Below are positions 12,844 through 24,700 of a DNA stretch of 64,000 nt, piece after piece. Source of the stretch: Amoebophrya sp. A120 (Eukaryota > Protista > Dinoflagellata). Where the stretch lies: NCBI GenBank assembly GCA_905178155.1, contig CAJINV010000001.1:7843599-7907598 (forward strand), in the 5' to 3' direction. The translations under genes were made by a program, and so were the position numbers. Positions within the stretch are counted from its first letter, which is position 1. Every line of letters begins with the position of its first letter. The notes below the pieces were generated by a model. It made no database searches. It was given only the letters and a program-made list of their open reading frames with translations, and was not told the DNA's origin.

Positions 12844-15800
12844 CTACATCTCCTGCGACATGAAGAATTTCATAGCGGCGCAGGCGATCAGAACGCAGAT
12901 TATGATGTGCCACAACTTGTAACCAGCCTTGGCGGACTTCAGCTTTTTCTGCAATTCGATGGTCTCCTGTTCCAGCTGAACGACGTATCCCACTAATTCA
13001 TCGTAGTTCTTCTGCAGATCGCCACCTGCATAATATCAATCGAAGATTTTTTTTTTTTAAATACATAGGCACAAACATAAAACTGCAATGCATCTAATGA
13101 CAACTTCAGATCGGAAAGGGTGTTGATCCAGGCTCGTCATCATCATTTCATCACGGTTCCAATTCGTGTTCTGTAGGTTGCGGTCTGACCCCTTCTCCGG
13201 CTTCTCGCGTTGCGAATCCACCGGTCTCCGGACTGCTGTTCCCTCCTCCTCGCGACAATGCTACGGTTGCTCACATTGGTCAGTACGCAGCTAGTCACAC
13301 CACCGGGTTGCCTCCACCCCAGCTGAGCGTGGGAGTCGACAACCGTGGTAATGTAACGCGAAGGCTGCAGCACACTCCCATTTTCGGTGGTGATTCTGTA
13401 CCTGTTCCTCCTAGTGGCCCACTGCCCCGCCCCTCACGCCTAAAATGCTAAGCCTAAAGGTCGGGAAATCTCAATTCACGCTTGTGAGTTTAGAAGAGGC
13501 AACCTTTGGGACGTCGAAGTGCCACGACATGCATGGCTGGGCGCGGCGGAATGTTGGCTGTGCATAGGCTCTTTTTGGAAGTATTGCTGCAGGAGGAAGG
13601 CAGAGAAGGGGGCAGTTGCCGACCAAGTCGCGCCCTTGCTCTTCTACGTCTTTATTACGATATAAATACGCAAGCACGGCAACTATGCAGAAACTACCCC
13701 CAGGCAAGCCCTCTGATAAATATGCTTGGCCGCGCTTTTTGAGTAGCTGCAAGCCTTTTCCCTTCCCCCTGCAGCATGCTTCTTTGTGGCTTTTTCATTC
13801 TATATCAAAAAGTCTTTTTGGTAGTGTCGGCGTGGGTTTGGAAACAGTGTGGCTGCGTGATTCCTGAGACCTTAGAGGGGTAAGGCAAAAACCCTCTTGC
13901 ACAGTCGAGCATAGGTGTAAACTTCAACACCGCAGCAACTCAAGGAAGGGAACAGAAGCTGGGTGAAGAAATTCACACCCGAACCATAGGTCTCCTATTT
14001 TGGGTCCATTTGAAAAGCAATAACTAGCTACGTAAAGAGGCCTTCTTTAACGTTAGGAATCACGCCCTAGCGACATCATCATCTTTGCCCTTCTTTGTAT
14101 TTAATCCCAAGCTCAAACTCAAGACCGAGGAGTTCAAGAAGTATGGACCCAAGCTCAAACTTCCGAACACCTCGGTCAGGCCACTGGGGTACTGGATGTC
14201 CGCGTCCGCCGCACAGGCGGACATCGGTGATTGTCCGCAGCTGGAGCAGCTGTTCCGCACCATTTGCCGGGCCGATGGCGTTCCCAACTGTTACGCTCCC
14301 AGCTGCTGCGTGAATTTGTGCAGCAAGAATAGCAAAACTGAAAGGGGGAAGCCTGTGCCTTTTGCGTGACAGATTCGGCACAGAGAGACTCTCATCCTGT
14401 TTGTCCCTTCGGGCATTTGTCATGCGAAGCAATTTGGTCGCGTCGATTCTGATTGGAATTCTGCATGACAAATCGCGTAACGGTTGAGAACGTAACATTT
14501 GAGAACGCCATATGCTGCGCTTGGGGGTGAACGAGGAGACGGGCCGCTTCAGGGCGGAGGAGGTTCCGCGGAACGAACACCCACTGCAGGGGCTGTTCAC
14601 CGGGGGGACCTCCTTTGCCGAGTTTAGCGGCGCCGTGAATGCGAACGTGGACGAGGCCGCGGACGCCCCCGTGGAAGGCGCAGCGGAGGACCTCGACGTC
14701 GCGGATTTGTAAGGCTGGCAAAACGAAAACCACAGGGAAGGAAATAAATAAAACGAAGAAAATAATATAAAGGGGCCGGGATAGGTTGGGCGAACCATCT
14801 TCCCGGCGCAGGTGTAGATAAAACATATGCCCCACGGGGCCACCCAAGTGAAGGAGCCACCGCGCCCCGAGGTATAGAAGGGCCGGCGCGGCGCTACGTT
14901 CACTAATGAGCGCGGGCCGCCCGGCGTGTGCAGAACATCTCGCAGAGAGATAAAAAAAGGCCGAGGCCGGATCCCGAGAAAACCAGGCACCGACCTCCTC
15001 TAGCGGGAACCGCGCCGGGCGCGGAGTCCCTCTAATGGAGGCGGCGGCGATTTTGTTTTCGGCGCGCCCGCGAGCACGCGGAGCCGCGCGCCCATATCGG
15101 TACCGAATAAAAAAGCTGACCTTTCCAAGCCATAGCCAGCCCGACCAAGGGGGGGCCAAAACCGCGGGCGCGGGCGCTGCAGCCCGAACGCCCCCCGCCT
15201 TCGTGTTCGCTCCTCGCCGGACCTGCCTCGGTCGTTTTTTTATTTTCCAAAGGCGCGCCGCGCCTTGGCCCGTGGCGCCAAGCACAACCCCCGGGGAAGG
15301 GGGAGGCGCCCATCGAGAGAGCAACGAGCGAACAGCGAGCGATCCACGCACCGAGAGCCGCCCGAGCGACTTTCTTCAACGACCCAACTGGCTCCCTTAC
15401 GCCACTTCCCAAAGACCGCAGAACCACCTGCAGGGCCCGAAAGATAAACAAACAAAACAAAGGGCAGAACCCCCGGGAAAAGATTTCACACCCAAGCAAG
15501 AAAAGAAAGCCCAAGGCACTGAAAACCCGCACGGGGGCGCGCAGATGGGTGACCCGGGCGAGGCCGCCCCAGTTCCCGCATGGTTTCGGGACCTCGCGCG
15601 CCGGCCGGGGGGCTGCTCCCGGTGTGGCCTCCTATCCCACTAATTCATCATAGTTCTTCTGCAGATCGCCACCTGCATAAGAGTGGGGTAACAATGAAAT
15701 CCTTATCCGCCCCCCCGGCGGATAAGCCGGGGGGGGGCCCCCCCCCGGCTTATCCGCCGGCGGGTCGTACCGGTATAGCCGCGACAAAGTGGCCGGGCGC

Positions 15801-18800
15801 TGCCATCGCCTGAAGGACCCGGAAATGCCGACAGCATCCGGCATGTTGTGGCAAGATTTTGAAACACCACAAAGGTCGACGGCAAGCATGACGCCGCCGG
15901 CCTTTGAGGTGTTTCTTTGAAAGTTGTAGCAGGCGCAGCATTTGAAGGGTCCGCACTCACTGCCGGGATTGCTTTGGACTTAAATAAAAAAAACCGCCAG
16001 CAGATACATACTTGCCACGCAAAAGGTGCGAAAGCTTGGGCTATTCGCCACGCAAGAAGTGGCCCAGCAAATAGCAGCGGGCACACAAGGCCAGGGCCAG
16101 AACTTGCCCCACAGAAGTAAACCCCCAGCGTGAGGGCCACCGAGCTTCTTCGCATACACCCTTCGGGTTATGCGCTTACTTGCCAGGCCATGCCGCCCTG
16201 CTCTGTCTTGGGCATCCATGCCTGCAGACAGCGGCTTAGGGTCCGAAGCGAGAACGAAACGCAACGGGCTGAGGGTTTCATCTTGCGCGCGCCCGCCTTC
16301 TAGGGGTGTGCGCCTGTGCAAACCCAAGCCCGCCGCCCGCCATGGGCCCCCCGCCCTGCTTTTTCAATGGGCCCAGCCTGCCACGCACCGAAACAGGCCG
16401 CGACAACGCCCACAGCTGCGCGCCGAGGGCTCGCCTCTTATAAATGTCGGGCGCCATCGGTGGTAAAATCCCCCCCCATGGTGTGCTCGACTTATATTCT
16501 ACCGAGATAGGAGGGGGCTCTAGGTTGGGCAGCCATTTCCTGGGCCGCGGGCCGGGCCGTGCTGGTGACATGTTAGCTTGCCGCAGCGCGGTTCAATAGC
16601 TTCCGCCACGGCCTGCCATAGATATTTCAGCAATTGAGCCGCGCGGGCGACAGCCTCGCGCGCTCTACTTTTGTTCGCCGGCTTTTTTTTTTTTCATACC
16701 GCCGCCGGCCAATGTGCTCTAGGTTTCCGGCGCGGCGCAAATGCTCGCCCGAAGTCAGTGACGCGCAACAGGCCTCGGGGCCCACTGAGGTTTTCTCGGT
16801 TGCCATTACAGGTTTTCCCGCTTCCCATCTCGGGCCCCGGTGGGGTTTTCCCGCCGCACAGGCCCCGGGGCCGGCCCAGTGCGGCGGGCTGTGACCCTGG
16901 GCAAGCCGCAGCCCGCTACCAGCTATTACCCCCGTGCTGGCTCACTCGCGACGCCCCGGCCGCCTCACCACGCGGCACGCATGGCGCCAGGGCTCCGGGG
17001 CAGCAGCTCCGGGGACTTGCATGGGGCTGCGGGCTGAGTGATGATTTCTTGCGTGGCCTGTTTTCAGCGCGAATTGGTAGCCGTCGGGGCTTGTGAGTAG
17101 CCTGCAAAGCCAGCGGGGTGCTTGCACCTGCGAACAACCCCAAGACAGCCTGCACGCGTGAAGCCTGGTGGCGCCCTTGTTTGCGAGGCACGCTGCCGGA
17201 CTCGGTCTGTGAGAGAGTGTGTCTCTTCTGTCTGTAATGTGATGAGGCCCGGGCTTCTATTGACAAACCCCCTAAACAGGCCCCGACGTGCGAAGCTATC
17301 TAGTTTCTGTGTGAGAATTTTCAACGCCATGTCTTTCCGCCTTGTGTTGTTTTGCTTGGTTGCATCCATGGCAAACATTGACGCACTAATTCATCATAGT
17401 TCTTCTGCAGATCGCCACCTGCATAATGTAATTAGAAGCGAAAACCGTCCATACCCAACAATTTTCACGAGCACCAACAAAAACCCCGACCACCTCCTCC
17501 CCCAACCGGGCCACCTCCTCCCACGCCCAACGCCTTCTCCGTCCAAACCATGACCACCTCCTCCGGTCACCGGGCCTCCTCCTCTGGAACCCGGAGCTTC
17601 TCCTCCTCCGGAGGTTGGAAGGACCTCCTCCTCCGGAGGCCCGCCCTCCTCCCCCGGACCTCAGACCACCTCCTCCGGGGGTTGGACCTCCTCCTCCTCC
17701 GGAGGCCCGTCCTCCTCCCCCGGACGTCAGACCACCTCCTCCGGGGGTTGGACCTCCTCCTCCTCCGGAGGCCGGGCCTCCTCCTCCGCACCTCAGACCA
17801 CCTCCTCCGGGGGTTGGGCCTCCTCCTCCTCCGGAGGCCGGACCTCCTCCTCCTCCGGGGGTTGGACCTCCTCCTCCGCCGGAGGCCGGACCTCCTCCTC
17901 CGGACCTCAGACCACCTCCTTCGGGGGTTGGGGCTCCTCCTCCTCCGTACGTGGCGGCCGCTTTCTTATTCGGAAACGAAAAGACTGGCGCCGGGATGTT
18001 CTTACTCACTCGGGACCGAGGGGAGACCAAGCGGCCGGGTCGCCTTTATTAGGGCGGCACTGCACTGCGGCAGCAGTCTGCGCAACTGTGGCGAAAACGG
18101 TGCGGCGGGGTGCGCCGAAAGCGGCGCGCTGGAGTCGCTGCCAAAGTCGGCGGCTCGGCCGCTTGCGCCTCCAAGGCTTGCCGGACGTCTACGGATCGCG
18201 GACGCCGTAGCCATTGGCGACCTTCCGCTTTTAAAATTGCAAAAAGATGGCAGCCGGGGCACCTCCATTCCCCCTTGTAACGTTGGAAAAAGAGGGGAGC
18301 CGGCCCACCTTCATTCCCCCTTTTAACATTGGAGAAAGAGGGCAGCCGGGGCACCTCCATTCCCCCTTTTAACATTGGAAAAAGATGGCAGCCGGATCGA
18401 TCACCTCCATTCCCCCTCTGAACATTGGAAAAAGATGGCAGCCGGCTCACCTCCATTCCCCCTTTTAACATTGGAAAAAGGTGGTAGACGGGTCACCTCC
18501 CTCCTATCCCACTAATTCATCATAGTTCTTCTGCAGATCGCCACCTGCATGATATCAATCGAAGATTCCGCATTATTTCTTACGGTGCTGATAGGTAAGT
18601 AAAAACAGGACAAAAAGAAAAACCAAAGTCATTGAGTGCACACTGAACCTAATCTGCAAGTGCGAATCTGCAAGAACTGAAGGTTTTCGACGTATGTGCT
18701 GATTCTACTATACCCTTCTTTACGCCCCCTGCAGCTGGCTGCTTCTCCACAACAGTGAGTCGTGCTTCCTTAATCTCGCCCCTCTGCAGCTTTTCCCAGT

Positions 18801-19249
18801 CCGATTTCCCCAAATTTGTCGTTCTGTCCGACCCAACCGCTGTCGCCTGTGATGTCATACATGAGTTTGCGTCTTAGTAAAATTTGACGTAAATTTAACT
18901 TTTGTCACTTACGAAGCCACGACCACATATACAAGATCTTCGCTGACGATCTGCGCACTCCAAAATGAATCTCCATTACCTGCACGAGAAACCGGTGTGT
19001 GGAGAAATCTGGTGGCGCGCTGCTGGCCTGCAAGCAGATCTGCACAGCAGCGGTGTCGCCCGGCATCAACAGCGCTGAACTCGGGCGCACGAGGTACGCC
19101 TTCGGTGCGGTGGTCTTCACTTTCCAGGCTACTGGGTTGGAATTGACATTTTTCAATTCCAGCGTCTGCTCCTCGCCTGCAGTGCTGCCCCCGACAAACT
19201 CCAGCTGCGACTTGGGCGCGAGCGCCAGCAAATCGCTAAAGTCGGCCAT
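12844..19249 (-). CDS. VAP: VAMP-associated protein (MSP domain, coiled coil, C-terminal TM anchor); exons 19249-18980, 18846-18714, 13025-12844; interrupted by a 5.5-kb insertion
   Basis: The MSP motif VAWKVKTTAPKAYLVRPS..HRFLVQ is present. The last exon encodes GDLQKNYDELVGYVVQLEQETIELQKKLK..LWHIIICVLIACAAMKFFM*. Donor 18713 (GT) is phase-compatible with the TGCAG acceptor at 13026. Confidence 0.88.
15715..15760. repeat. Perfect 46-bp palindrome with a G9C9 centre
   Basis: ccggcggataagcc-G9-C9-ggcttatccgccgg is its own reverse complement. Confidence 0.95.
17550..17950. repeat. CCT-rich minisatellite with a higher-order period of ~66 bp
   Basis: gggggttgg recurs at about 17677, 17743, 17809, 17857 and 17923 among cctcctccgg subunits. 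Confidence 0.9.
18228..18500. repeat. Tandem repeat, ~46-bp unit, ~6 copies, at the end of insert segment C
   Basis: The unit ttggaaaaagatggcagccggNNcacctccattcccccttttaaca starts at about 18237, 18283, 18329, 18375, 18425 and 18471. Confidence 0.92.
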
Positions 19250-20473
19250 ACTCTTTTGCTACAAAAAGGAGGAACAAGAAAACGGGACTACAGACGGCTT
19301 AACCTATGGACTTTTTCAACGAAGTGGAAGCAGTAAGTAACTCCCTGTCGAAGTTGTAAGGAACCTTCTCGCGCTGGAATGAAACTACTTGTACTTTATT
19401 TGTAGTCGCTGATATCTTATTTCTTTACTCTTACACAGTAGACCTCCGCCTGGGATCTTCCAAGAAGAAAGCTCTATCTGTGAGCAGAATGGAGGGCAGC
19501 AAAAGTACGAAAATTCTCCTGTATTTGCCCAAAATGGTATATGAAGTACAATGGGGTGCTGTGACAATATGATATCCTGCTGCCGCACTGGGCACTGAAC
19601 TGGAGCAGTTGTGAATGAGAATGAAAATGGCACAGAAAATCCAACACGTCTCTGGTCAGAAAACTAGCTCTGCAAAATGTTTGGGTCAGTCTCGAAGAAA
19701 ATTGTGCACTCCTTGCACAGTGGTAAATCATGTGCTTCTTCTTCAAACGCCTCAGCTTCACGGGATCGCATAACTCGTCAGAATCTCATCAAATTACCGA
19801 ATTTTATCAAAACCTCAATGGCTAAAGTGACAAATCAAGAACATACTACATCGACTGTAGCAAATGCGCCGCAACTCTCAGTAGGGAAATATCTCTGACA
19901 ATAGATCAGTCTTCGGGCGCACCCACAATCCTTCTTGTGTTCTTCAGATCTGTGTTTCATAACTGTCACAGTCAGCGTGCCGGCACTGTAATTTTCTGTT
20001 CTTCTAAACTTGGTAGTGGTACATCATTGCATGCGATTAATTACTGCTTTGCCAGTAGAGCACTCCTAGCACCTATTCGAAACCCAGTTGCCATGCTACC
20101 GGCAAGCGCAAGCTTGGCTACCGCCGCACCTTTCCGGCGCGCACAACTGTTTCACACATCGCTGCCGAATGTTCCCGTCTCCGGCCTCCGATTTCCAACT
20201 CCGCCTTTGCCCCATTTTTCCGTAGTAGCGACGTGTCCTGGTTATCACAAAACACCACCAAAGGTGTGAGTCGCCCGTCGTGCATCCACAACCTTCCGCG
20301 TTATTGTACCAAACACTTTCGCGAGCGTTGCGGCCTTGCGCCTCGATCATCCTCGGGTACTACTTACCAAAGCCTTTCCCAGGCTCATCTTTCGCGGGGA
20401 CGGCGCTCCTGGTTGTTCACACCGGGCAAAATCGGAAGATGCAGATTTTTGCATCTCGCCTGCACTCTCTCCG

Positions 20474-21216
20474 CTATCTGACCAGAGGAGGACCTCGTGG
20501 ATTCCGCAGCGTCTCTTCCAACAGCCATTTTACGCCATCCGCCAGTCCGTCGTTTTTCAGCGCAGAGCAAGGCTGGAGACGAACTGCAGCCGTGCGTTCA
20601 GTTTCTGTATTGTAGAAGTTGTCAGTTTGTGTTTGTGCTGGCCACACAAAAACAAAAATGAGTACTTAGTACCAAATGGAAATTTTGATTTGAGGAGCTC
20701 CACCACCAGTGAGAAAATGTAAACAAGCTGATGGCACCAGTCAGCAATACCGAGCCGTTTCGTTTCGAGCTTCTGTCCAAGTTCCTGCAGACTCATGGCC
20801 CCTTGCAAATCTTGTTTGTTCGCCAAAATCAAGATCGGGATGTCGGATGATATCAATGGGTGCTTCAACACGGTGTCCAGCACCTCCTTGGCCTCCTCCA
20901 GCCGTTTTGTGTCCCCCGAATCGACGACGAACACGATCGCGTCGCACTCGGAAAAGTAGTTCTGCCACACGACCCGAAAGTTCTTGTGGCCGCCCAGATC
21001 CCAAAAAATCGCGTCCACGCCGGAAATGCAGATCTTCGCGACATTGAATCCGATCGTCGGAGGGAGCTTGCTCAAGTCCATGTGCTTTAACCCGAAACCC
21101 GCTTTCAGCTGCTCCATCACCGTGGTCTTCCCCGCGTAGTCCAAACCCAAAAACAGGCACCGCTTCTCCGGTCGGCTGACAACATACTCGTAAGCGCCGG
21201 CGAGAAGGGAAAACAT
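20474..21216 (-). CDS. ARFRP1: ARF-related small GTPase, ARFRP1/Arl3p type; exons 21216-20751, 20604-20474
   Basis: MFSLLAGAYEY N-terminus, GLDYAGKTT, PTIGFN, WDLGGH and ANKQD are present. Exon 2 supplies the G5 motif CSAL..GLADGVKWL. The intron is GT-AG. Confidence 0.85.
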
Positions 21217-21772
21217 CGGCTTTTCAAACGCTGTGGAAGCTCGATTTTTGTATTTTTGTGTGTCTCCTACGAGCGTTTCATTTTTGCATTATCCCCTACC
21301 ACAGTAGCAGCCTGAGCCACAGTGCATGATGTGTTCGAGAGTGCTATGCCCTTCCAGAAAATCTTCAAAGGTCTGAGATCTTCTCAACGGAAAATCTAAT
21401 TTGGTTCTTCAGTGTGGCTCTTCCAACTCCAAGAACGGACCGTGTCACATGGCCACGAGGATGAAACAAACCGAAGAACAACACCATGGTGAAGGAAAAA
21501 AAGCCCAGTATCTCACGGGCACAATAACGCATCTTTATTTCCGAACGAAATAGTAGTCGAAACCAACAAGCTGGGTGGTGACCTTTGCGTTCACCATGTG
21601 ATTCAAATTCAGGTCTTGCGCAATCCATTCACGCAGAAATATGCAACTTTTGTTCAACTTTACGTAGAACCATGCTCGCCAAATTATTCTGAGACAGAGT
21701 GTCCACTTGCACTTGTCTTTTTCGAAAAACTTTAACAATTATGTTGAGATACTATATGCACTTTTAGTAGTT

Positions 21773-24700
21773 CTAGCACTCGAAACCGGACTCGTGGAAC
21801 TTCTCGGATTTGTTCGCCTCCCGGTACTCCCGCATTGCAGCGTGCATGTGGAGCTTTGTTTGCGGCGAATCCGGCCCGACCTTGCTTGATCCGTACGAAT
21901 TACTGTAGGGCTCGAGCTGAAACGATTGCCCGAAGTGCTCAAACGGGCTACCGAGGTGGTCCTCTTCCGGCTCTAGCATGACTGGCGCCCGTTTGCGAGC
22001 CGCAGTTTGTTCGATCGTGGATGAGATAGTAGATTTATGTTCTCCAGGAAGCACTGCTTCTTCTGTTCCTGTTTTCGGCGACACGGCCGATTTGATGCCC
22101 TGCGTGAACGGCTGCAGAAGTGGCTTGGCCGAACTTTTTTTGGCGTGGTCTGGGGACGAAGTAATGTCACCATTGGTGCTATCACTGCCGCTTTTCCCTG
22201 CTGGTTGCAACTTTCGACTTCCAAGTGCAGTAGAGGACGACAGTTCTGACCCCGCGGCCATCCCGGCACTGGTGGTGCTTGTTGCGTCTGTAGACCTAAG
22301 CTTGTCGGGCTGTCGGGCAGCTTGCTCCGTCACAATGCAACTCTGCAAGACGTCTGCGGGAAGTGTGGCCGCCTCTCCAAGCGACTGGTGCAGTCGCGGA
22401 ACACTTTGCAGCTCCGCCGCGACCGCCTTTAAGTCTCGCAGGTGCTGCTCGCATTCGGCGCCCGCCAGGTGCAATCTGGCGAAATCTGCCGCGGCCGTTT
22501 CCAAGCGCGTCACCAGGCTCGTCACCGATGTTTGCAACGCTGCTTCCTGCAGTTTGCCGCACGCCTCCAGGTGGTGTGCGCGCCGGTTGAGCAGGTCTAC
22601 CACGTCGGGCCAAGTGCACCACCTCCAGTGCTGGACTTTTCGCAATCTGTGCCGCTTCACTTCCGCAGTCTGCAGCGAGGCAAAGCTCGAGACGTGCGGA
22701 CACAGGTGTTTCTGTTCGACGTTTACCATGTAAAGATGGTAGACCGTGAGCAACCCGGGAAAGCCGCGACTCTGCTCCACCTCGTAAGTCTTCCCTTGCA
22801 ATTGCACATCGGTCACTTCGATTTTCTTGTTGCTTTTGGAAATATCATCTTCCCGTCCCCCGTCCGCAGCAGCTTCTACCGATGCATCGGATTGCTGCGC
22901 TTTCAGAAATTTCTTCTCACTTATTCCCTCACCGCCACGATGATCGGCTTCAAGGAGCGTAGGACCTGCCGGAGGGCCTAAGGAAGTAAATGTCGTATCT
23001 ACTTCTTCGTCTTCTTCATCCACAATACCGTCCGCTTTCCTCACAGCAGCCAGTAAGTACGCGCCAGCGTGATCCGCCCCGCGCGCCGACTCGACAGTCT
23101 CCTCCGAGAGCAGCTTCTGCAACCGCTTCTCGAGCGCGAGTTCAACGTTCTCCCGTAGGTGCTCCGCCACGTCAACCGCGCCGCGCTTGCTCAGCTTCTC
23201 GGTAAGAAAATGGTTCTTAGGCACTTTCGATCCAAAAGTTGTAGCTGTTGGGCTTACTGTTCCCGGGGAAGTACATCTCGTTTCAACATAATTTTCAAAA
23301 AAGCTACTGTCAAACGTGTTGAAGAGAAAGAGGTCCCGGTTTTTCTCGTGCACAACTTTGGCTCGCAACACGTGCACGACCCGTACGATCAAAGCGACCC
23401 CGTTTCGTTTCGACCAGAGTTCCAGCGAGCACTCCCCAGCATTCACTTCCCGGTACAGGTCCTCCACGGATTTCGTCGCGTTTTGCTTTTTATTCCCATT
23501 CATCTCTCCACCGCGCGGCGGGTCCCACTCCGAGGCAATGGCGGCGCGCAGACCGCTGTCGCCGTGCTCTGTTTTGATAGAAGCAGAAGTTATTTTTGAT
23601 GATCTAGTCTATTCTTTCCGCCGTCGTTTTCCCTTTCCGAACCCTGCCGTGCTCACGCCACATCGAAGAACCATTGTAAGCAATGAAGCGCTAAAGTGTT
23701 TATCATTTCGATCAAACACTTAAAGTAAGAATTTCGATCAAACACTCAAAGCAAGTACTCATCAGCCACGCCTTCATGGTGTCCACCGAGTCGAACTTCT
23801 CCGGACGTTCCCGACACGTGCTGCCCTCGAACAGGTGCAGCTTAAGCAGCTCCCACGACGTCCATTGCCAGGCGTGCACGTACTTGAGCTTTTGCTTTCC
23901 GTCATACTCAAGCGTGTTAAAGTCGTCCGCGGGAAGATTGTCGCACACCACATCCACGGTATACAGGTAGTACAGGGTAAGTAGACCTGATAAGGTAGGG
24001 ATACGTACTTCCGCTATCCCCGTGAGGATAAGTACTCAGATTCGACAGATTTTTGTCTCCAAAAGAAAAGGAAACAAAACTGCGACCGCGTACGTTAGCG
24101 TCCCGAAAAAAACTGTCTTCTACGTAGGAAACGAAGTAGTTCTCGGACACACTTTAATTTTTCTCAAATCGTACCTGGAAAGCTCTTGCTTTCCTCCTGT
24201 TCCGTACACTGGTCCTGGAATACGACGTCGACAACCTTGAGCGGGCTTTTGGCGGCCGGATCGTACGGGTGTTGCGCGGCCGCTTCCTGCATGCGCGTCG
24301 ACTTGTGCACGACCCGCGCCATCTCCTCCTGCGTGACCGCCCGTTCGCCGGCCTGAAACAAATGCTGCTCCAGCGGAAGTTCATCCGCCCCGAGCTTTTC
24401 CGATAACAGACCGTGCCGGAACCGGTACTCCCCCTTGCTGGTCTGCTGCCACGTATTCATCAGGAACCTCCCTCTTTCTCGACTCTCACGGGAGCAGACC
24501 TTCGCCCGAAGCACGTGGACACAGCGGACCGGGATCGTTTGTGGGTGAGATGAAACTGGTACCGCCGCGCCGGAATGATCTACAGACACCTGTCGGCAGG
24601 TTTCGCACTTGCATGTTTGCAAGGATGAGGACAACTACATACTCACTTCTTTCAACCTTCAATCATCGATCTCTCAGCGCCAACACGTCCAAAGCTCGTG

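Larger units (their letters stand above)
13049..18504 (-). mobile_element. Composite insertion of three segments (A 13049-15632, B 15681-17383, C 17428-18504) separated by copies of the host target site
   Basis: Flanked by a 63-bp direct repeat (12986-13048 and 18505-18567, 2 mismatches) with internal partial copies. A T12 run at 13047-13058 reads as poly(A) on the minus strand. The segments are GC- and repeat-rich, unlike the flanks. Confidence 0.85.
12986..18567. repeat. Four direct copies of the VAP intron2/exon3 junction: 12986-13048 (63 bp), 15633-15680 (48 bp), 17384-17427 (44 bp), 18505-18567 (63 bp)
   Basis: The core CACTAATTCATCRTAGTTCTTCTGCAGATCGCCACCTGCAT can be read directly at all four positions. 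Confidence 0.97.

Noticed and set aside
17386-18326. Pro-rich, Gly-rich and Leu/Arg-rich ORFs (extensin/formin-like)
   Set aside because: All frames are open because of the CCT minisatellite, and the region lies inside an insertion.
13049-18504. Autonomous retrotransposon or transposase inside the insertion
   Set aside because: No RT (YxDD), endonuclease, DDE or recombinase motifs were recognised. The many overlapping ORFs reflect high GC content.
12986-18567. Four direct repeats read as a CRISPR array
   Set aside because: The spacers are kb-sized and unequal, the repeat is host exon sequence, and there are no cas genes in this eukaryotic context.
19669-19690. ctgcaaaatgtttgggtc resembling the family-1 TIR
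   Set aside because: No partner inverted repeat or TSD was found, so it may be chance.
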